Below, in pieces: positions 49,580 to 56,274 of a stretch of DNA of 64,000 nt. Made by a program: the position numbers and the translations under genes. The stretch is from Candidatus Aenigmatarchaeota archaeon (GTDB lineage Archaea > Aenigmatarchaeota > Aenigmatarchaeia > CG10238-14 > SCSR01). Each line of letters starts with the position of its first letter. Positions within the stretch are counted from its first letter, which is position 1. The notes under the pieces were generated by a model that searched no databases, was not told the origin of the DNA, and saw only the letters and a program-made list of their open reading frames with translations. Location: contig JAWCSL010000002.1 in assembly GCA_039090665.1 (NCBI GenBank), forward strand, positions 12,052-76,051, in the 5' to 3' direction.

Positions 49580-50323
49580 TCATTCTTGTTTTTTCATTTT
49601 CACAACAGGGCTTCCAATAGCAGGATAGTTTATCTCGACTATATCATGCTCTTCAAGAATTTTTGCCCAATTTTCAACCAAATTCTCTGGAGTGCTTAGT
49701 AGCTTGGAAAGTTTCTGGAGCTCGATTGGTCCTTCTTCCAGGATTTTTAACATTTCATCAATTTTTGTTGAGATAGTTTCCTTTATCTCTTGTTTTGGAG
49801 CCCATTTCAGCAAATCAGTTCTTGTTATTATTCCAACAAGTCTGCCTTTTTTATCAAGAACAAGAAGCCTTTTGATGTTGTATTTTTCCATTTTCTTCTT
49901 TGCTTCTTCCACGCTTTTATCTTCACGAATGCAAATTGGTTTTTTCATAACATCAGCAACTATTATTTTTTTGAGAACTTCTCTATCTTTATCTTCTATC
50001 TCTTCCAAGCTTCCTTTATTGATAATTTTCAAAATGTCAGTTTTGCTAATCTCACCTATAAAAAACCCTTTATCGAGGACAGGAGCACCTGAAATTTTCT
50101 TTTCTTTGAAAATTTCGAGAACTTCACACAAACTCATGTAAGGGCTAACAGAAATTATGTTTTTTGTCATGAGTTCTGAGACTATTATTTTTTTCTTCCC
50201 GGGTTTTAACTTTCTTTTGATTTTCACAATTCTTCTAATTTTTTTAACTTTCTTTTTACCTGCTTTTATTTTCTTCTTTTTCATTTTTTTCTTGAAAATT
50301 TTTAGGAACAAGTCAAGCACCAT
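49580..50323 (-). CDS. CBS-pair protein with a poly-Lys N-terminal tail and a C-terminal wHTH-like region
   Basis: KKKMKKKKIKAGKKKVKKIRRIVKIKRKLKPGKKK, then two CBS motifs, then a helical C-terminus. Confidence 0.6.
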   Translation of the reverse strand: MVLDLFLKIFKKKMKKKKIKAGKKKVKKIRRIVKIKRKLKPGKKKIIVSELMTKNIISVSPYMSLCEVLEIFKEKKISGAPVLDKGFFIGEISKTDILKIINKGSLEEIEDKDREVLKKIIVADVMKKPICIREDKSVEEAKKKMEKYNIKRLLVLDKKGRLVGIITRTDLLKWAPKQEIKETISTKIDEMLKILEEGPIELQKLSKLLSTPENLVENWAKILEEHDIVEINYPAIGSPVVKMKKQE

Positions 50324-50358
50324 AATTATTATCTAAAAAATCAAACATAAATTTTCAT

Positions 50359-51864
50359 TTACTTGAAAGTTTCCAGATCTTCAAACTTCCTTTTTTCATT
50401 TTCCATAAAACTGACAATTTCTTCTTCCAGTTTTTTACCTTTTTCTGATTTTTTGCTTTTTCTTTCCCTAACTTTAACTAGCAGAGGATAGTTTACGGCT
50501 TCACCAACAATTAAAGCTTCCCCAACTTTCAATCCTGGTAACATGTCCAAAACATCTTTTGTCACACCTTCGGAACTTTCTCCTATGTGTTTAATATCGT
50601 AAGGGTTGTTTATTCTCATGATTATATGAGTGTTGCATTGACTCAAGGCTGTAGTAGCAAGTCTTATAGGCCTTTGAGTTATTAAAACTAGACAAGCCCC
50701 AAATTTCCTTCCTTCTCTTGCTATTTGTTCTATCACATTTCTTGAAATTGCAGAAGCAGCTTCCTCTCCTTCCGGGCAGAATTGATGGCTTTCTTCAACA
50801 AAAAGAATAAAAGGTGGAATTTTTCTTTGTCTCCTTAAATCAAAAAGCTTTCTCGCAAAATAGGTTAAGATGATTTGTCTTTCTTTCAGATGAACAAAAT
50901 CAGAGAGATCAAAAACTGTAAGTTGACCAAGTTTTGCAACTTCTTCCAAGGAAGGTGAATCTATTTTACTGAACAATCCGGTTGAAGCCAACTCATAAAG
51001 CCAAGAGCTCAGAGCAGCTTTTGTTTTCGGGTTTATTTCACTTTTTTCTACAGCTTCAATTAGCTCGTCAAGATCATAAACTTTCTTTTCTTCTTGTAAT
51101 TTTTTGATTATTGGTGAAAGCTCTCTTCTTTGGACCAATGACATTTGTGGTATGAGCTCATTCATTAAACTTGGTGAAATTTTGTTAGCAGCTATAGAGA
51201 TTTTATCTTTTCCGTAAACTTTTGTTTTAGTTATATAGTTTTCATCTTCAGCAAACCCAATGTACTCACCGTGAGGATCGAAAACTATTATTGCAGGTTT
51301 TGCCTCATCTTTTCTATCTAGAATTTCTTCTATTAAAACAGAAGCCAAATAACTCTTACCAGCACCACTTATGGCCAAGATTGCTAAATGTTTTTGAAAA
51401 ACTCTTGTTAAATTCAATTTTACTTCAATTTCGTGTGCTTCCATTTTTCCAATATACAAGCCATTTTCATCTAATCCCAAAAATTCGGAAAGCAGTTTTT
51501 CATCAGCTTTGTAAACTTTTTCTCCAGGTGAAGGAGGAAAAGAAACTCTAAGTTGTTTACCATTTTCAAAAACCCCCAAAGGTATGGCTGAAGCTACAAG
51601 AAATTCCCATCTATCAGCTGGAAAAATTTCTTTGAGTCCTTTTCCACTTCTTTCATATTCTTTTACAGATTCTGCTCTCATGAAGTATCTGTTCATCCTG
51701 AAAATTTCAGCAACTCTTGCTATCAGTAAACCTTGTTCTGTTTTTAGCTGGACATACTCATTCTTCTTCACAGGAATTTTTTCTTCACTTTCATTTATTA
51801 CAAAAGAAAATTCACTGCTGTTCGGATCTTGCATGGTTGAGATTACAGTTCCAATTTCTTTCAT
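50359..51864 (-). CDS. herA: HerA-like DUF87 ATPase (FtsK/HerA-superfamily DNA translocase)
   Basis: N-terminal HAS-barrel-like region, Walker A AISGAGKSYLASV, Walker B ILFVEESHQF, LVLITQRP motif; 501 aa. Confidence 0.75.
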   Translation of the reverse strand: MKEIGTVISTMQDPNSSEFSFVINESEEKIPVKKNEYVQLKTEQGLLIARVAEIFRMNRYFMRAESVKEYERSGKGLKEIFPADRWEFLVASAIPLGVFENGKQLRVSFPPSPGEKVYKADEKLLSEFLGLDENGLYIGKMEAHEIEVKLNLTRVFQKHLAILAISGAGKSYLASVLIEEILDRKDEAKPAIIVFDPHGEYIGFAEDENYITKTKVYGKDKISIAANKISPSLMNELIPQMSLVQRRELSPIIKKLQEEKKVYDLDELIEAVEKSEINPKTKAALSSWLYELASTGLFSKIDSPSLEEVAKLGQLTVFDLSDFVHLKERQIILTYFARKLFDLRRQRKIPPFILFVEESHQFCPEGEEAASAISRNVIEQIAREGRKFGACLVLITQRPIRLATTALSQCNTHIIMRINNPYDIKHIGESSEGVTKDVLDMLPGLKVGEALIVGEAVNYPLLVKVRERKSKKSEKGKKLEEEIVSFMENEKRKFEDLETFK

Positions 51865-52219
51865 AGATTTTAAATTGATTGCTTAGAATATAAAAACTTA
51901 GAACTCAACAAGTGAATAAATCATTTTTATTCAATGATGGCAATTTTTCATACTATTTTTAGAGTTTCTTTCCAAAATTAGGCCGTGTTTTTTACAAGTT
52001 TCAAAAACATTACCCACTACAAGCTTTCGGATTATAAACTATTTTTGAATTGAGGAATTTCAGCAGCTATTTTTTACAAATTTCTTTTAATTGTTTGTCT
52101 ACTTTCTTTTGCCAGAATGGATTGGATAGGTAACTTGCACTAGCTTCCACTCCTATAATCTAAAACAACTTTATCCAATTTTAAAAGCAGTATATTTTTT
52201 CTTCCCTATAGATAAAAAT

Positions 52220-52975
52220 ATGGCAACAATAAAGTTTATAACCAATCAACCAGCAGCTTTCATACAAGAAGAAAAGGCCTTGGTTATTGCAGAGCTTCAT
52301 TTAGGCTTGGAGCATGATCTCTTCAAGAAAGGAATTACAATTCCACCACAAAGAGAAAAATTTCAAGAAAGATTGAATGAAATTTCCAAGATCACAAGAG
52401 CAAAAACTCTAATAATTTTAGGTGATATAAAACACAAAGTTCCAGGTATGAGTAAAATAGAAGAAAAAGAGCTTTCAAAATTTTTGGATTGGTTGAAAGA
52501 AAATTTCAAAGTTATTCTTGTAAAAGGAAATCATGATGATGAAATTGAAGAAGTAATACCGAGAGAAATTAAAGTTTATGGAAGCAGAGGGTTTAAACTT
52601 GGAAAATATGGTTTCTTTCATGGCCATGCTTGGCCTTCTAAAAAACTTTTGAAGTGTACTTACCTTTTTCTAGCTCACTTACATCCATCCATCGAGTTTA
52701 AAGACAAGTTTGGTTTTAGAAATTTAGAGCAAGTTTGGATTAAAGGAAAAATTGATTTGAATAGAGTAAAAGAAAAATACAAGGTAAAAAAATTAGGAAA
52801 AATAAATCTCATAGTTATGCCAACCTTCAATCAACTTCTTGGAAGTGTGAACATTCGCAAGTTAGTGGAAACTGAAGAACCAGGAGTAATAGGTAAATTA
52901 ATTGATGTAGAAAATTCTAAGATTTACCTTTTGGATGGAACTTTCCTTGGTTACTTGAAAGATTTGAAAATTTAG
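52220..52975 (+). CDS. calcineurin-like metallophosphoesterase, SbcD/Mre11-related small archaeal family
   Basis: GDIKHK, GNHDDE, FHGHAWP motifs; 251 aa; divergent from herA. Confidence 0.65.
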   Translation: MATIKFITNQPAAFIQEEKALVIAELHLGLEHDLFKKGITIPPQREKFQERLNEISKITRAKTLIILGDIKHKVPGMSKIEEKELSKFLDWLKENFKVILVKGNHDDEIEEVIPREIKVYGSRGFKLGKYGFFHGHAWPSKKLLKCTYLFLAHLHPSIEFKDKFGFRNLEQVWIKGKIDLNRVKEKYKVKKLGKINLIVMPTFNQLLGSVNIRKLVETEEPGVIGKLIDVENSKIYLLDGTFLGYLKDLKI

Positions 52976-53868
52976 CCTTTCTTCCTAATTTCAGCTTCTA
53001 CTCTTTCTCTTATTTTTGCTTGAACCGCTTCAGTGATGTTATTGAACTCTTCACCAAATCTTTCTCTCCATTCTGTTCTATTTCTGAGTTGCCACTTTGC
53101 TCCACAAGCACACAAACCATTTAAACAAATCGCTGTATCATTTCCCAGGATCATTGGACAAATCAAGCTCCTGCACTCAGAATCGTCAGTACAATTCATC
53201 CTTGTTCTGTTCCATGCTGGTAAACACATACAAATTCCTATTGTCTTGTTTGGTGGGATGAAACACCTTAAATTCCTACCAAATTTCAAAGGACACCAAA
53301 CACCTAACTTTTCACAATCTTCGTCGCTACTGCAACTTCTTTTGCTCAAAGTCTCATTTATTCTCTTCAAAACTTCCTCTACTCTTTCTAAACATCTTTC
53401 ATGTGCTTTTATTGATGCATTAATCGCTCTCTCCAACCCAGGTCTTGCAGTCTCTGGTGCTTTACTTAATACTCTTTCAAGAACTGCTATATGTTTATAA
53501 GTTACATTGCAAACATGCTCAAGCAAGGCAGTCACATTCTTTCCAACACCAAATACTTTGTTTGTTTCTTCATCAGCCTCTTCCAATTCCTTTTCATATT
53601 CGTATCTCAATCTTTCTACATACCGCCACTTACCTTGTGCTAGAGTAGCATTGAGCTCTGCTAACCTCTGCTCAGCAAGAAATGCATGGAATCTTGCTCT
53701 TGCTTCTGAGTCAAAAGTCAACCAGAGTCTTACTTTTTCAAGAAAGGTTTTTAATGGATAGAATGGATGGTCTGGTAAGATCCCTGGGTTTGGCAAATCT
53801 TTTGCTGTTGCTATAGTAGTTAGTAAAACACTTGAAATTAACAATGAAATCAAAAGTTTGTTCTTCAA
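52972..53868 (-). CDS. secreted Cys-rich, Ala/Arg/Glu-rich protein (298 aa)
   Basis: Signal peptide MKNKLLISLLISSVLLTTIATA; C-terminal Cys cluster; many sequons; local GC about 40-47% versus about 30% in flanks. Confidence 0.55.
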   Translation of the reverse strand: MKNKLLISLLISSVLLTTIATAKDLPNPGILPDHPFYPLKTFLEKVRLWLTFDSEARARFHAFLAEQRLAELNATLAQGKWRYVERLRYEYEKELEEADEETNKVFGVGKNVTALLEHVCNVTYKHIAVLERVLSKAPETARPGLERAINASIKAHERCLERVEEVLKRINETLSKRSCSSDEDCEKLGVWCPLKFGRNLRCFIPPNKTIGICMCLPAWNRTRMNCTDDSECRSLICPMILGNDTAICLNGLCACGAKWQLRNRTEWRERFGEEFNNITEAVQAKIRERVEAEIRKKG

Positions 53869-53902
53869 ACTCCCACCCTCTAATAAAATTTATTCTTCAG
53901 TT

Positions 53903-55633
53903 TTAAAAACTTATCATCTCCCTTTCATCTTCACTTAATCTTTCCCATACTTCTTTCAAAATCTTCATATCATCTTCACTTATGACAGAAACCAAAACAT
54001 CACCTTCATTTATATGCCTTCCAATTGTTGGTTCTTCCATGCTGACTGCAACCTTATCACCTTTCTTAGCCTCTTGTATACTCTGTCCTTCTCTTTGAAT
54101 CTCCTTTATTTTACCGACAATCTTACCATCTTTCCTTTTCATCAAAGTTCCGGGTTTTAACAGACCTTTTTTGACTTCAATACCAAAAATAGCAGGATTA
54201 CAGCTTCTGAAAACACATCCTTCCAATATTACAACTTCACATGGTCTTGTAACTTTACTGAGCTTCTCTTCAATTTCTCTTTCTTTAGCCTTCAAAACCC
54301 ATTGCTTGTAATCTTCTATTAACCTGTAGATGATATTGTTTTGAAAAATTTCTATTTTTAAGTCTCTGGCCAAATTCTTTGCTTCTTCCAGAGCTTCAAC
54401 ATTAAACGCTAATATTACTCTTCTCAATTTTTCTCCAACATTTTCAGCTTCTATTACATCTTGTTTTGTAACTCGACCAACTTCAGCTTTTCTTATGGGA
54501 ATTCCTTCTTCACTTAAAAGCTTTATCATGGCTTCTAAACTGCCTAAAGTATCAGCTTTTATTACCACACCGTCTACCTGCTTTACAAATTGAACTTCTT
54601 CAACTTCAGTTTGTACGCTTCTTTTTGCTTCTTCAATATCTTTTTCATCTTTCACCACAATTATCGGAGAGCCAGCTATCACATTTTCCAGATTGGGTGC
54701 AGCAATTTTAATTCCGGCAGCAGCGCTAACTTCTTCCACGCTTTCAAATTGTTTCTCAACCCTAAGTTCTTGTAAGGGTCGAGGTCTGAGTAAAGCTCTT
54801 ATTTTTGTGACTATTGGTTCTTTTCCACCAATTACAAGGTAGTCCCCTCTTGCAATTTTTCCGTCATAAAGTATAACATCGATAGTAGTTCCAAAACCAA
54901 CTGTCTCTTTAACCTCTAGAACTGTACCTTTAGCAATCTCAGATAACTTTAATCTTTCTTTTAAAAATTGTTGTGAAAGGCCAGTTAAAATAACCAAGAG
55001 CTCAGGTATTCCTTCTCCAGTTATACCTGAGCAAGGGACTATTGCAACTTGCTTTCTAAAATCTTCTACCCTATCAAATCTTTCAGAGTTGAAACCCCTT
55101 TCAGCTAATTGCGAAACAAGCCTATAAACATTTTTTTCCAATTCTTCTTTTACATAATCTGCTTGCATTTTAAAACTCTCAGAAAAACAAGAATTTGGAT
55201 AAGGACGCCAGCCTTGAATTTTATCAATTTTCGTGGCAGCAACAACAAAAGGAGTTTTGAATTCTTTTAAGATGGTCAAACTTTCATCTGTTTGCTCTTG
55301 AAATCCTTCTGTAATGTCAATAACTAAAATAGCAAGATCAGAAACAGCCCCTCCTCTTTTCCTTAAAGTTATGAACGCAGCATGACCAGGTGTATCGAGT
55401 AAAAGCAAGCCTGGAATTTGAACATCTATCCTTAAATTTTGAATTAAAGTACCACATATTTTTTTGATTGTTTCTATTGGTATGTAGCTTGCACCAACAT
55501 GTTGACTTATCATTCCTGGCTCAAGTTTAGTAACAGCAGTACCTCTAATTTTGTCTAACAAAGTTGTTTTACCATGGTCTATATGACCAACTGTTACTAT
55601 TATAGGTGATCTTATCATCTTCACCTTAATCAA
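53903..55633 (-). CDS. infB: translation initiation factor aIF5B (IF2 homolog)
   Basis: G-domain VGHIDHGKTTLLD, DTPGH, NKID-like ATKID; 576 aa. Confidence 0.85.
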   Translation of the reverse strand: MIKVKMIRSPIIVTVGHIDHGKTTLLDKIRGTAVTKLEPGMISQHVGASYIPIETIKKICGTLIQNLRIDVQIPGLLLLDTPGHAAFITLRKRGGAVSDLAILVIDITEGFQEQTDESLTILKEFKTPFVVAATKIDKIQGWRPYPNSCFSESFKMQADYVKEELEKNVYRLVSQLAERGFNSERFDRVEDFRKQVAIVPCSGITGEGIPELLVILTGLSQQFLKERLKLSEIAKGTVLEVKETVGFGTTIDVILYDGKIARGDYLVIGGKEPIVTKIRALLRPRPLQELRVEKQFESVEEVSAAAGIKIAAPNLENVIAGSPIIVVKDEKDIEEAKRSVQTEVEEVQFVKQVDGVVIKADTLGSLEAMIKLLSEEGIPIRKAEVGRVTKQDVIEAENVGEKLRRVILAFNVEALEEAKNLARDLKIEIFQNNIIYRLIEDYKQWVLKAKEREIEEKLSKVTRPCEVVILEGCVFRSCNPAIFGIEVKKGLLKPGTLMKRKDGKIVGKIKEIQREGQSIQEAKKGDKVAVSMEEPTIGRHINEGDVLVSVISEDDMKILKEVWERLSEDEREMISF

Positions 55634-55665
55634 TTTTTAAATACATTTAAATAATTAGGATAAGT

Positions 55666-56097
55666 ATGGTTTTAACCATTAGCGATTTAATGCCAATAAG
55701 TTTGTGTATAGCAACTCAAGAGCTTCTAGATGTAAAGCGCTTCAGGAACAATTTCTGTGATTTTGTTCTCTTCAAGTACAAGAACTTTAATTTTATTAAC
55801 AAAATAATTGAAACAAAAAGACAACTCAACTCCTCTTCTCTTGAAAAAAATTTTTTCGAAGGACACAAGACAGCTATTGTGAGTAATATTGATAAAATAA
55901 TCTCACTTGTGATTTCAAGATATATGAACTTAGATGCAAGAGTTGTAGAGAAAATCGTGGAAAGTGCAAAAGAGATTATGGAAAAAGTTGTAACTGCTGA
56001 GAATTTTAATCAACTAGCCTCGCTAGAACCAGAGTTCAGAAGCAAAGTAACTTTAAAAGTATACGAGCTCTTCACGACTTCTTCAAGACCGAGGTAA
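55666..56097 (+). CDS. hypothetical protein (143 aa)
   Basis: Intact ORF. Confidence 0.4.
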   Translation: MVLTISDLMPISLCIATQELLDVKRFRNNFCDFVLFKYKNFNFINKIIETKRQLNSSSLEKNFFEGHKTAIVSNIDKIISLVISRYMNLDARVVEKIVESAKEIMEKVVTAENFNQLASLEPEFRSKVTLKVYELFTTSSRPR

Positions 56098-56102
56098 ATA
56101 GC

Positions 56103-56273
56103 ATGATTGGAGATTTAGAAGGAGAAATAGAAAGACTTAAGGCTAAGAGATCAGAGATAAGTAGCAAGATAGCTTCAACTAGAAATTTTGAAAAGAAAGA
56201 AAAGTTGAAAGAAGAGCTTGCAAGGATTGAATCACAAATAAAGATCTTGGAAAATATGAAAAGAAAACTATAA
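56103..56273 (+). CDS. small coiled-coil protein (56 aa), not in the ORF track
   Basis: MIGDLEGEIERLKAKRSEISSKIASTRNFEKKEKLKEELARIESQIKILENMKRKL; starts 5 nt after the upstream stop. Confidence 0.35.
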   Translation: MIGDLEGEIERLKAKRSEISSKIASTRNFEKKEKLKEELARIESQIKILENMKRKL

Positions 56274-56274
56274 A

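Noticed and set aside
53033-53761. Several plus-strand ORFs of 67-155 aa.
   Set aside because: Inside and antisense to the secreted Cys-rich gene 52972..53868, which has a coherent signal peptide and domain.
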